Shown here piece by piece: positions 9,365-18,977 of a stretch of DNA of 64,000 bases. The position numbers were made by a program, and so were the translations under genes. The notes under the pieces were generated by a model. It saw nothing but the letters and a program-made list of their open reading frames with translations. It ran no database searches and was not told the DNA's origin. The DNA comes from a bacterium (lineage in GTDB: Bacteria > Zhuqueibacterota > Zhuqueibacteria > Residuimicrobiales > Krinioviventaceae), in NCBI GenBank assembly GCA_963675755.2, contig CAXXMD010000003.1, forward strand, positions 448,001 through 512,000, read 5' to 3'. Each line of letters opens with the position of its first letter. Position 1 is the stretch's first letter.

Positions 9365-10040
9365 AATTCTGTCCTTTTTTTAATACATGCATATGCAGGG
9401 TAAAAACATACCACAGCACTGTACTCATTACAACCAATTCCCCGGTTTCTTCAAGAATAGAAGCACCTTTAACATTCAACAAAACGCCCAGCACATCTAT
9501 ACCCACGGCAAAAAACACAAAAACACATAGCAGGTAAAACAGATATCTGGATGTTTTTCTCACAAACTCGTTACTGAAATAATAAAATATCAACAGAACA
9601 CTAAATAGCACAACGCCAATCAATCCTGCAAAAACAACCTGCCCCAGGTCATAAGCATCTATTGAATTCAAAATCCCCCATTGCGGCAGCCTGCTGCCAA
9701 TAAAATGACCGCCAACAGTCTCGTGTATACGTGTAGAATCATCAATCAAAAGATAGGCAAATAAAACCGACCAAAATCCATACAGCCATGCTCGAAAGCG
9801 AATAGCAATATACCCCATGAGCAGGAAAACCCAAAACATTTTTATGTACTGAAACAATTCTGAATACCCGCCATCCGTAGCCAATATCAACATGGGTTCG
9901 GAAATCAAACAGGTATGACAATTGATCATATGTAAAAAAATAAACATACAATCGGTTATTATCAATAATTGCAAGAGACGTAATAGATGGATATCGATAA
10001 TAAGGTCTGGTTTGAGTCTGGTAATAAAGGTTGCTTTCAT
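9357..10040 (-). CDS. Multi-pass membrane protein (hypothetical)
   Basis: About six TM helices with DDSTRIHE and LEETGEL motifs. Overlaps the next gene by 8 nt. Confidence 0.75.
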   Translation of the reverse strand: MKATFITRLKPDLIIDIHLLRLLQLLIITDCMFIFLHMINCHTCLISEPMLILATDGGYSELFQYIKMFWVFLLMGYIAIRFRAWLYGFWSVLFAYLLIDDSTRIHETVGGHFIGSRLPQWGILNSIDAYDLGQVVFAGLIGVVLFSVLLIFYYFSNEFVRKTSRYLFYLLCVFVFFAVGIDVLGVLLNVKGASILEETGELVVMSTVLWYVFTLHMHVLKKGQNFV

Positions 10041-10357
10041 CTTTCACCTTTATTTTAAATTCGGATTATTTAAGAGGAAAATTTTATACTATAATAATAA
10101 TAAATCGCTTCACATTTGCAAGTAATATCTACAAAATGGTATTGTTTTCTTTTCATGGGTTTTGTATAATTATAAATCAACCCAAACTATTCTCATATAT
10201 TCCGGCTCTTGGGTTTATTCGTTCTGAACCACGTACCTATCAAATACAAATTTTGACAGGAGCACAAATGGTTTGCAAATAATAAAAGCCAATGCTCAAT
10301 TAAAACGCACATATCGGGAACCCTATTCACTCCCGGAACTGACTTGATGGTATCAAC

Positions 10358-10972
10358 ATGACTGCAACAGAATTGTATCAAAATTACTATGCTGCAATTC
10401 GATTTGAAAGACAGGGACTTTTTCAGCTAGTTCATGAACAATATGGATGCAAGGAGGCGCTGTATCCCGGTAGTTCGGTGCATATTACACCTTCTTTTTA
10501 TATTCCTCATGTAGTTTATGTAGACAAAAGTAACGATGCCGCTCAATTTTTCAGCAATAAAAATGCGGTTATAGAACAAATCAGTCATCATAAAAAATAC
10601 AAACGCAGTGCATTTTTTCAATTTCTCCATCAAGACTATACTCAGGCCTTGCCAATTCAACATCAATTTGATCTGCTCATTGCACTTTTTGCACCCCAGG
10701 TGATACACAATTGTACACAATATATTAAAAAAAATGGGATTGTTCTGGTCCACCCGTTTCAAAACAACCTGTATGATGCAGCCAACGACCCTGAATTGAT
10801 TTTCGAGTCTGTAATTCAATTCACCAAAAACCTATATCAAATCATTCCGCCAGATAAAACCGGAATAGATCCTTTCCTGAAATCCAGTCCACCTAGAAAA
10901 TATTTAAAACAAAACTCAAATTCAGTTGACTATATTGAAAATGAAATGTATTTTATATTTAGAAAGATTTAA
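10358..10972 (+). CDS. Hypothetical protein, class I SAM methyltransferase-like
   Basis: ALYPGSSVHITPS, VYVD and FDLLIAL fit Rossmann methyltransferase motifs I, II and IV. Confidence 0.55.
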   Translation: MTATELYQNYYAAIRFERQGLFQLVHEQYGCKEALYPGSSVHITPSFYIPHVVYVDKSNDAAQFFSNKNAVIEQISHHKKYKRSAFFQFLHQDYTQALPIQHQFDLLIALFAPQVIHNCTQYIKKNGIVLVHPFQNNLYDAANDPELIFESVIQFTKNLYQIIPPDKTGIDPFLKSSPPRKYLKQNSNSVDYIENEMYFIFRKI

Positions 10973-11074
10973 CGCATCAGACAGATCTGTCACCACTCCA
11001 TAGATCTGTTATCCACATTGGGGAGTGACCAGCAGTATTCATAATTTGTTGAACTAGATTTGGGGAGAAAACAA

Positions 11075-12070
11075 ATGAATAAAATTTATCTAGCTGTTTT
11101 GGTCAGTATGTTAACACTTTTGGGATGCGACACAAATAAAAACCCTGCCGCACCGTCGCCTTATTATGACTTTTCCATCTATATGCTCAAAGACACAGAA
11201 CTCGAATTGCAGGATATAGCAAATACCAACATCTACAGGCTAGCTCTGCAAAACACACCACTGATCAGCAGAGATGACATTGTCAGGTATGATTTTTCAT
11301 CACACATGATTTATCTAAATAAAAGTAAAAAGGAAATTTTCAAAGACATCATTGGTGACACACCCATGTTCACGAGTTTTTCTACCAAGCCCTTTGTTGT
11401 GGTTTGCGGGAACGAGCGTGTATATACCGGTGCGTTGTTCAGTACAGCGTCTTCAATTGCGTGTGTAGGAGTAAGTATATACGACCTTGATGTGTTTTTT
11501 CTACCGGATGATATGCTGCAAATCAGCAATTGCACACGGTTTGATGATCCTATAGATCCCCGTAACGATGAGCGCGTAAGGATGGCTTTGCAAAATTGCG
11601 GTCTTTATCACGCAGGCCTTGAGATCAAGCTACAAAATGTTACCGTTGTTGAAAACGCAGATACATCTACCATCAGCTATCAGTTCAAACTAACCAACAA
11701 TGACAGCCAAACCCTGTTTGTTCCTGATCCCGATAAAATGGGTACCGACCTGTTCCATTATTTCTCAACAGGACTTAACATCAGCAACGACGAAACACAA
11801 CAATACTTTTATGCGAGTTTGAAAAAAAGTCTCTATCCCGGTCCCTATAATACCTGGGATGCCACCTGGTTTACCGAGTTGAAAAGCGGAGCGTCATTGG
11901 AACGCTCTGTGGTTATTAAAGGATTTCCGAAAATGCCGCCGGGTGAATACCGCTGCGGATTTAATTATTCGGGACCCCAGGCAATAACCAAAGAGGAACG
12001 ATCCGTTCAAAATACACGATACTGGATTGGAGAAATTACCGCAAATACCAGAAACATTACTATAAAATAA
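11075..12070 (+). CDS. Putative lipoprotein (hypothetical)
   Basis: GGAG RBS before MNKIY, lipobox LLGC, C-terminal beta-rich domain. Confidence 0.75.
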   Translation: MNKIYLAVLVSMLTLLGCDTNKNPAAPSPYYDFSIYMLKDTELELQDIANTNIYRLALQNTPLISRDDIVRYDFSSHMIYLNKSKKEIFKDIIGDTPMFTSFSTKPFVVVCGNERVYTGALFSTASSIACVGVSIYDLDVFFLPDDMLQISNCTRFDDPIDPRNDERVRMALQNCGLYHAGLEIKLQNVTVVENADTSTISYQFKLTNNDSQTLFVPDPDKMGTDLFHYFSTGLNISNDETQQYFYASLKKSLYPGPYNTWDATWFTELKSGASLERSVVIKGFPKMPPGEYRCGFNYSGPQAITKEERSVQNTRYWIGEITANTRNITIK

Positions 12071-12100
12071 TTTTAAAAACAAAACTCAGCAAGAGGACAC

Positions 12101-12832
12101 ATGAAAAATCTGAAAAAATTGGCCCTGTTACTGATCCTTGTCAACAGCATCTATGCTGTTGACAAGGGGCCTCTTGAACATACAGTTAAAAAAATATCCA
12201 CTCCGTTTACCATTGACGCAAATTGGGATAAATCCGTTTGGAATGCAATACCCCCTGTATTGATAGAAAATTATATGGGAGATTTACCGGAACACTTTCC
12301 AAAAGTGCAGGCAAAACTGGCATACGATGACAAGGCGGTCTATGTCATTTTCAAGGTTAACGACAACTATGTTCGCGCCATTGCAGACAAAACTCATGGC
12401 AATGTTTGGGAAGACAGTTGTGTAGAATTCTTTTTTACTCCCGGAACAGATTTGGATTATGCTTATTTCAATCTGGAAACCAATTGCGGCGGCACTATGC
12501 TGTTTTCATGGCATGAAAAACCCGGCAAAAGCCAATCTGTTGCGGTAGAGGATTGTGACGATATTACCATTGCCCACTCTTTACCCAAAATCATAGATCC
12601 GGAAATTCAGGAACCCACAACTTGGACGCTTGAATATCGCCTTCCTTTTGAGCTGATACAAAAATATTGTCCCCATGCAGCCAAACCCGCAAAAGGAACG
12701 GTCTGGCGCGCAAATATCTACAAATGCGGCGATGAAACATCACACCCGCACTGGCTCACCTGGTCATATGTAGACGATCCGAAACCCAAATTTCACACGC
12801 CGGAATTCTTTGGAACGCTGAAATTCGAATAA
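12101..12832 (+). CDS. Secreted carbohydrate-binding family 9-like protein
   Basis: Signal peptide. Motifs VWEDSCVEFF, YFNLETNCGG, WRANIYKCGDET..PHWLTW, PKFHTPEFFG. Confidence 0.85.
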   Translation: MKNLKKLALLLILVNSIYAVDKGPLEHTVKKISTPFTIDANWDKSVWNAIPPVLIENYMGDLPEHFPKVQAKLAYDDKAVYVIFKVNDNYVRAIADKTHGNVWEDSCVEFFFTPGTDLDYAYFNLETNCGGTMLFSWHEKPGKSQSVAVEDCDDITIAHSLPKIIDPEIQEPTTWTLEYRLPFELIQKYCPHAAKPAKGTVWRANIYKCGDETSHPHWLTWSYVDDPKPKFHTPEFFGTLKFE

Positions 12833-12989
12833 TGTCATTAAAAACAGATAATTCGTTTTACGCCCTTGTCGAATCCTTTGCGTTCTCTGCATTTTGCATT
12901 TAAAACAAAAAACTTGATCATGCATCAACTCTACAATTACGAGTAAAATTTTGCTATCGCTGGCTGAATCAGACTTTATTTTATTTATC

Positions 12990-13060
12990 ACTTGAAATTA
13001 TACCTGTTATGCTGTATAATGTAAACTAGTTAACAGGATAAAAAACGAAATGGACCTCAC
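12990..13060 (+). promoter_or_regulatory. sigma70 promoter TTGAAA-N17-TATAAT plus leader, copy 1
   Basis: -35 at 12992-12997, -10 at 13015-13020. Near-duplicate at 15029-15100. Confidence 0.8.
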
Positions 13061-14971
13061 ATGAAAAAACGTTATTACATTTTACTCTTTCTAACTATTT
13101 TCACACAAAATCTGTTAAGCAAAGAATTCAAGCTCCAATCTCCGGACAAAAATACTACCGTTATTATCTCAGAAATCAAGGGACAAATATCTTATAATAT
13201 AACAAATAATAACAAGGTACTGGTGTCTCCTTCAATGCTGGGAATACTATTTCAGGAATCCCCCATGGTTGATCTCTGGTACATTGATAATGTAAAATCA
13301 CAAACCGTAGACGAAACATGGTCACCGGTAATTGGCAAGCGTTCGCTTGTTGTTAATAATTATAATGAACTGGAATTGGATTTATTTTCAGAATACCACA
13401 CCCAAATAAAATTAAAGCTGATTTTCCGGGCTTATGACGAGGGTATTGCTTTTCGTTATTTAATTAATTCCGAAAAGGATAGTGTTGTTATCTCTACCGA
13501 GCTCTCTGAAATCAACTTTTTAAAAGATATGCAATGGTGGAGCTATAGAAAAGAACGTCCGCCATTGGGTCCCACGCTGGCATCACAAATTGATACTACG
13601 ATCAACTATCCTTTACTTGCGCATTCTCAATCCGGTAAAAACATTGCAATTCTTGAAGCCCAGCTTGACAATTATCCCTGGGCAGTACCCGCCAGCATTG
13701 CCGGGCAGTTCGGCTTTTCATTTGATTACAATAAGCTTATCACCATCCCCATACCTTTCAGTATGCCGTGGCGTGTAATTATGATTGGTGAAACCTATGG
13801 AGAATTGATCGACTCGGACCTGATCGTCAACCTGAATCCAAAGGCTGATCCTCAAACTTTTTCCTGGGTCAAACCGGGCATCTCTTTTTGGGACTGGCGT
13901 GCATGGGGATATAAAGCAGATGACGGATTTGTTTACGGGCTTGACCTCCCCTCCTGGAAACGCTTTATAGATCTGGCAGCAGAAACCGGTGTTCCCTATT
14001 TATTGCTTGACGCGGACTGGTATGGCCCGGAGTTTAGCAAAGGCTCAAATCCCCTTACCGGTGGTAAATCCCAGGATGTTAAAGCCGCAATAGAATATGG
14101 TCGTACAAAAGGAGTTGGGCTGGTACTTTATCTGAACCATGTTGCTGCCAAAGCATATGGTGTTGAAAAGATCATTCAAGCCTATTCAGATTGGGGCGCA
14201 AAAGGTATAAAATATGGATTTATGCAAATTGATGATCCTGAGGAAAAGGTAAATTGGACCCATTATATTGTAAAACTGTGCGCGCAAAACCATCTTTTTG
14301 TAAATTTCCACGATGGTCCGGTCCCTCCAACAGGAGAAGAAGCAACATTCCCTAATTTTGTACATCGTGAATTCATACATGCACAATCTGATGGCAAACG
14401 TGTTTTTGAGCCAGGTGACTATATTAAAATGGTACATGTGAATACCCTTGCAGGTCCGGTGGATCAAAACAACGGCATGTTTGATATGGTTAATTCATTA
14501 GAGCAACGTCCCAAAATGTTCCAACAGCTCAACTCTACGCCTTTGGCAGAAGCAGCCAGAACGCTTATCACTTACAGTGGCGGCATGACAGTCATACCAG
14601 ATGCCGCGGACATGTATCGCAAACACATGGAATTATTTCGCTTTATCAGTGAACAAAAACTGCCATGGGCAGAGAGTAAAACACTGGATTCGCAAATGGG
14701 AAAATACATCTCTATGATGCGAAAAACAGGAAACACCTATCTGGTAGCATCAGTAACTGATGAATCCGCGCGCGAATTAACCATAGACCTTTCGTTTCTA
14801 CCTCCGGGAAAAACATTCAAAGCAGAGATCTTTTCAGACACACCCGAGACGCATTATATAAACAACCGGATGGATTATAATATATCTCAAAGAGATGTTA
14901 CATCAACAGATAAAATTATTGCCAAAATTGCACCTGGCAGCGGACATTGCATAATCATTGAACCCAATTAA
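13061..14971 (+). CDS. Glycoside hydrolase family 97
   Basis: FRAYDEGIAFRY, PWRVIMIG, SWVKPG, LLLDADWY, WGAKGIKYGF, VNFHDGP, C-terminal IAPGSGHCI. Confidence 0.9.
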   Translation: MKKRYYILLFLTIFTQNLLSKEFKLQSPDKNTTVIISEIKGQISYNITNNNKVLVSPSMLGILFQESPMVDLWYIDNVKSQTVDETWSPVIGKRSLVVNNYNELELDLFSEYHTQIKLKLIFRAYDEGIAFRYLINSEKDSVVISTELSEINFLKDMQWWSYRKERPPLGPTLASQIDTTINYPLLAHSQSGKNIAILEAQLDNYPWAVPASIAGQFGFSFDYNKLITIPIPFSMPWRVIMIGETYGELIDSDLIVNLNPKADPQTFSWVKPGISFWDWRAWGYKADDGFVYGLDLPSWKRFIDLAAETGVPYLLLDADWYGPEFSKGSNPLTGGKSQDVKAAIEYGRTKGVGLVLYLNHVAAKAYGVEKIIQAYSDWGAKGIKYGFMQIDDPEEKVNWTHYIVKLCAQNHLFVNFHDGPVPPTGEEATFPNFVHREFIHAQSDGKRVFEPGDYIKMVHVNTLAGPVDQNNGMFDMVNSLEQRPKMFQQLNSTPLAEAARTLITYSGGMTVIPDAADMYRKHMELFRFISEQKLPWAESKTLDSQMGKYISMMRKTGNTYLVASVTDESARELTIDLSFLPPGKTFKAEIFSDTPETHYINNRMDYNISQRDVTSTDKIIAKIAPGSGHCIIIEPN

Positions 14972-15028
14972 GTTTTACTGTCGTATTGAAAAGCATAGCA
15001 CTTGTTTTGCAAATTTTTGACATTTTTC

Positions 15029-15100
15029 ACTTGAAATAATACCTGCTGTGCATTATAATGTAAAAAAATCCACAGGGTATAAAAACGAAAAGGACCAAAC
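15029..15100 (+). promoter_or_regulatory. sigma70 promoter TTGAAA-N17-TATAAT plus leader, copy 2
   Basis: -35 at 15031-15036, -10 at 15054-15059. The leader AAAAACGAAA.GGACC..AC ATGAAAAAA is shared with copy 1. Confidence 0.8.
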
Positions 15101-16171
15101 ATGAAAAAAATGTTAATCTCTTTAATTTTGATTACAGCTGTCAGCCTCTTTGCGCAAAGCTATAATGTTGAAACCTACCGGGTTTTCGGCCCTGAACATC
15201 CGGGAAAATACAAACATCCGGCTTCTATTACCCAGCTGGATAATGGAGATCTCTATATCTCTTATTATGGTGGTTCCGGTGAATATGGCGACGATACCGC
15301 GGTATACGGGTCTCGTCTCAAGGTTGGTTCAACCCAATGGACTGCCCCAAAAGTGATTGCAGACACCCCCAACCGCGGAGAGGGTAATCCTGTGGTATGG
15401 CAGGCCCCTGATGGTAAAGTCTGGTTGTTTTATGTAAACCGTTATGGCGATACCTGGTCTAATGCGCGAGTCAAGGTTAAAATTTCAGAGGATGGTGCCG
15501 AAACCTGGTCCGATTCGTTCATGCTCAATTTTGAAGAAGGCACCATGGCCCGTAGTCAACCCATCGTGTTGAACAATGGCGACTATTTGCTGCCAATGTA
15601 TCACGAAACCGGTGATGACCGTGAAATGTCTGCCGCATCTACCAGCTCATATTTCATGCGCTATAATCCCAAAACCAAAGAATGGACCGAGACCAACCGT
15701 ATCAAATCTCCTGAAGGCAACCTGCAGGCCCAGGTGGTACAAATCTCGGATGACTATCTCATTGCCTATTTACGTCGCGGCGGCGATTTTCTGCCAACCG
15801 ACCACGGTTATACCCTGCGCGCCGAGTCCCGTGATGGCGGTTATACCTGGACAGATGCAGTGGATTCGCAATTCCTGAATCCCAATTCCGCAGTGGATTT
15901 TATCAAATTGCAGAACGGGCATTTGCTGTTAGTTTATAATGATAATATGAACGACCGTACCCCGTTGACCATTGCCGTATCGACAGACAATGATAAAACC
16001 TGGCCCTACAAACGCAACATTGGCGGCGGCGACAATACTTTTGCCTACCCATACGCCATTCAGTCCAAAGACGGCAAGATCCACATTGTTTATACCACCA
16101 ATAATCGTACAACCATCATGCACGCCGTGTTTGATGAATTTGCAATCATTGGTTCTCCCCCCGAGTTTTAA
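15101..16171 (+). CDS. Secreted BNR/Asp-box beta-propeller (exo-alpha-sialidase-like)
   Basis: Asp boxes SEDGAETW, SRDGGYTW, STDNDKTW; also NPNSAV and AYPYAIQ. Confidence 0.85.
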   Translation: MKKMLISLILITAVSLFAQSYNVETYRVFGPEHPGKYKHPASITQLDNGDLYISYYGGSGEYGDDTAVYGSRLKVGSTQWTAPKVIADTPNRGEGNPVVWQAPDGKVWLFYVNRYGDTWSNARVKVKISEDGAETWSDSFMLNFEEGTMARSQPIVLNNGDYLLPMYHETGDDREMSAASTSSYFMRYNPKTKEWTETNRIKSPEGNLQAQVVQISDDYLIAYLRRGGDFLPTDHGYTLRAESRDGGYTWTDAVDSQFLNPNSAVDFIKLQNGHLLLVYNDNMNDRTPLTIAVSTDNDKTWPYKRNIGGGDNTFAYPYAIQSKDGKIHIVYTTNNRTTIMHAVFDEFAIIGSPPEF

Positions 16172-16203
16172 AAAAGACGCGCTTTATGCGCGTCTTTTTT
16201 TTT
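16171..16203 (+). terminator. Intrinsic terminator
   Basis: AAAAAGACGCGC-TTTAT-GCGCGTC followed by a long T tract. Confidence 0.85.
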
Positions 16204-16242
16204 ACACAAGCACTGTAACTGAAAATCTATAAGGAGAGTACT

Positions 16243-18849
16243 ATGAAAAAAACAATCCCAACTTTTTTATATATCATTCCTCTCCTATTATTGATATTTT
16301 TCACTGATTCATTCAGCCAGGAAACAACCTGGCCTGTCCTGAAATCCTACGACCAGGAACACATTGCCCGCATCGCTTTGCCCCTGGGTGGGATCGGTAC
16401 CGGCACCGTATCTCTGAGCGGACGCGGCAGCCTGCTCGATTGGGAGATCATGAACAAACCCGCCAAAGGTTTTACGCCTGATCCTTTTCTCTTTTTCGCC
16501 ATTTATACAGAAACAACAGACGGCAAGTCCGCAACCCGCGCGCTCGAAGGTCCTTTGCGCTATGAAGAATACGAGGGCTACAGCGGCAGTCAGACGCCCA
16601 ACCATGGTCTGCCGCGATTCCGTGAATGCTCTTTCAAAGCCGCATACCCATTCGGGCAGGTGCAATTAGCTGACTCGGATATGCCCGTAACCGTCACGCT
16701 CGAAGCGTTTAATCCACTTGTTCCTGCCGATCTCGATGCCAGCAGTATTCCGGTCGCAATATTACGATACAAAGTCACCAACATTGCCAACAGCCCCATC
16801 AAAGCTTCTATTTGCGGCAATATCCCCAATTTTATTGGTAATGATGGTTCACAGCAAAAACCGGATTGGTTGAATGTGATGCGTCCCATTGGTACCAAAG
16901 TAAACATCAATACATTTCGCAATGAAGACTCTGTTCAGGGACTATTTATGACATCACTCGGTGTCGATTCCCTGGCTGAGCAATGGGGTACACTCGCGCT
17001 GACAACTCTCGCATCCAATTCTATATCCTATCGTACAACCTGGGTCAATCAGCGCTGGGGCGGTAGTCTGCTGGATTTCTGGGATGATTTCTCTCAAGAC
17101 GGTGTACTGGAAAACAATGCAAAATTACAAACCAATACTCCTATGGCTAGCCTGGCGATTGAACTTGACATCCCTGCAGGAGAAACACGCGAAGCACTTT
17201 TTTTCATCACATGGCATTTCCCCAACCGAATGACTTGGTCACCTCAGAGTACCAAAACATGCAGTTGTAGCGATTCTACCTGCAATCCCAATCTCATTGG
17301 TAATTATTATACTACCCAATACAAAGACGCTTGGGATGTAGTAAAAAAAACCATTGGCCGATTATCTGATCTTGAATCCAGAACCATCCGCTTTGTGAAC
17401 GCGCTTTGTTTCAGCGATCTGCCGGAGGTTGTCAAAGAATCCGCACTGTTTAACCTGAGTACCCTGCGCACACAAACCTGTTTCCGCACACCGGATGGGC
17501 ACTTTTTCGGATTTGAAGGATGCGGCGACAACAAGGGCTGCTGCCACGGCTCATGCACCCATGTCTGGAATTATGAACAGGCCATTGCATTCCTCTATGG
17601 TGATCTTGCGAAAACCATGCGTGATATTGAATTCAACTATGCCACAGCGGATAACGGATTAATGAATTTTCGCGTGAATCTGCCCCTGAAACACGCTCAG
17701 GAATACGGTATTGCCGCGGCAGACGGACAAATGGGTTGCATTATGAAAATGTATCGCGATTGGCAGTTGTCCGGTGATGATGAAATGCTGAAATCGCTTT
17801 GGCCGAATGTAAAAAAAGCGCTGGAATTCAGCTGGATTCCCGGCGGCTGGGACGCAGACCAGAACGGTGTGATGGAAGGCTGTCAACACAACACCATGGA
17901 TGTAGAATATTACGGTCCCAATCCCCAAATGGGCATCTGGTATCTCGGTGCATTACGCGCGGCAGAAGAAATGTCCGCATACCTTGGGGAAAAATCATTT
18001 GCGAAAAAATGCCGTAAATTGTTCAATAACGGCAGTAAATGGATTGATGAAAATCTCTATAATGGAGAATATTATGAGCATCAAATTGTACCGCCAACGG
18101 ATGAAACGATAATTGCGCAGGGATTGAAGCACAATATGGGTGCTAAAAATGTTTTCAATCCGGACTTCCAGCTCGGCAAAGGGTGTCTGGTAGATCAGTT
18201 GGTTGGTCAACTCCTATCACATGTATGTGGTTTGGGGTACCTGACAGATAAGGAACTTGTTCAAAACACATTGAAAAGCATCATGAAATACAATCACAAA
18301 GCCAGTATGCATGACCATTTTAACAATATGCGGTCCTATGCGTTGGGTGAGGAATCCGCGTTGCTGATGGCTAGTTATCCGGATGAGCGCCCACAATTTC
18401 CTTTTCCCTATTTCAACGAAGTGATGACCGGTTTTGAGTACACTGCAGCTATCGGTATGCTGTATGAAGGACAACGGGATATGGGTTTGCAATGCATTAC
18501 AAACATCCGAAACCGGTACGATGGACGTAAACGTAGTCCTTTTGACGAGGCTGAATGTGGTCACCACTACGCCCGTGCTATGGTCAGCTGGGCAGCCATA
18601 CCTGCCTTGACAGGATTCAACTATTCAGGCGTAAAGCGATCTATATCTTTTGCAAATATTGAGGGAACCCATTTCTGGTCTAATGGATACGCGTGGGGAC
18701 AGTGTAAGGTCAAAGGAGATGAAATCACTCTAATTGTATTGCATGGAAAACTGAATTTAGATTCTTTTCAATTAAAAAATCGCAATATTAAGAAATTTAA
18801 AGATCCGGTCACGCTTGAAACAGGACAGGAAATACAGTTTACAATTTAA
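16243..18849 (+). CDS. Glycoside hydrolase family 116 (non-lysosomal glucosylceramidase-like)
   Basis: LPLGGIGTG, GSCTHVWNY, AADGQMG, QHNTMDVE, EVMTGFEY, EAECGHHYARAM. Confidence 0.92.
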   Translation: MKKTIPTFLYIIPLLLLIFFTDSFSQETTWPVLKSYDQEHIARIALPLGGIGTGTVSLSGRGSLLDWEIMNKPAKGFTPDPFLFFAIYTETTDGKSATRALEGPLRYEEYEGYSGSQTPNHGLPRFRECSFKAAYPFGQVQLADSDMPVTVTLEAFNPLVPADLDASSIPVAILRYKVTNIANSPIKASICGNIPNFIGNDGSQQKPDWLNVMRPIGTKVNINTFRNEDSVQGLFMTSLGVDSLAEQWGTLALTTLASNSISYRTTWVNQRWGGSLLDFWDDFSQDGVLENNAKLQTNTPMASLAIELDIPAGETREALFFITWHFPNRMTWSPQSTKTCSCSDSTCNPNLIGNYYTTQYKDAWDVVKKTIGRLSDLESRTIRFVNALCFSDLPEVVKESALFNLSTLRTQTCFRTPDGHFFGFEGCGDNKGCCHGSCTHVWNYEQAIAFLYGDLAKTMRDIEFNYATADNGLMNFRVNLPLKHAQEYGIAAADGQMGCIMKMYRDWQLSGDDEMLKSLWPNVKKALEFSWIPGGWDADQNGVMEGCQHNTMDVEYYGPNPQMGIWYLGALRAAEEMSAYLGEKSFAKKCRKLFNNGSKWIDENLYNGEYYEHQIVPPTDETIIAQGLKHNMGAKNVFNPDFQLGKGCLVDQLVGQLLSHVCGLGYLTDKELVQNTLKSIMKYNHKASMHDHFNNMRSYALGEESALLMASYPDERPQFPFPYFNEVMTGFEYTAAIGMLYEGQRDMGLQCITNIRNRYDGRKRSPFDEAECGHHYARAMVSWAAIPALTGFNYSGVKRSISFANIEGTHFWSNGYAWGQCKVKGDEITLIVLHGKLNLDSFQLKNRNIKKFKDPVTLETGQEIQFTI

Positions 18850-18869
18850 AAAGTCCGTTATATCTTGAA

Positions 18870-18906
18870 CCTCCCAAAGAATAATACTTTTTGGGAGGAT
18901 CTTTTT
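18870..18906. terminator. Hairpin/terminator between convergent genes
   Basis: CCTCCCAAA..TTTGGGAGG followed by ATCTTTTT. Confidence 0.55.
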
Positions 18907-18977
18907 GTATTATTGTATCCTGTTGATTGTCAATTTGTAAAATATTTCCCCTATGGATATAAAAACATCCTCCAAAC

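Noticed and set aside
11009-11017. DnaA box TTATCCACA / replication origin
   Set aside because: A single 9-mer is expected by chance in 64 kb. There is no box cluster and no dnaA context.
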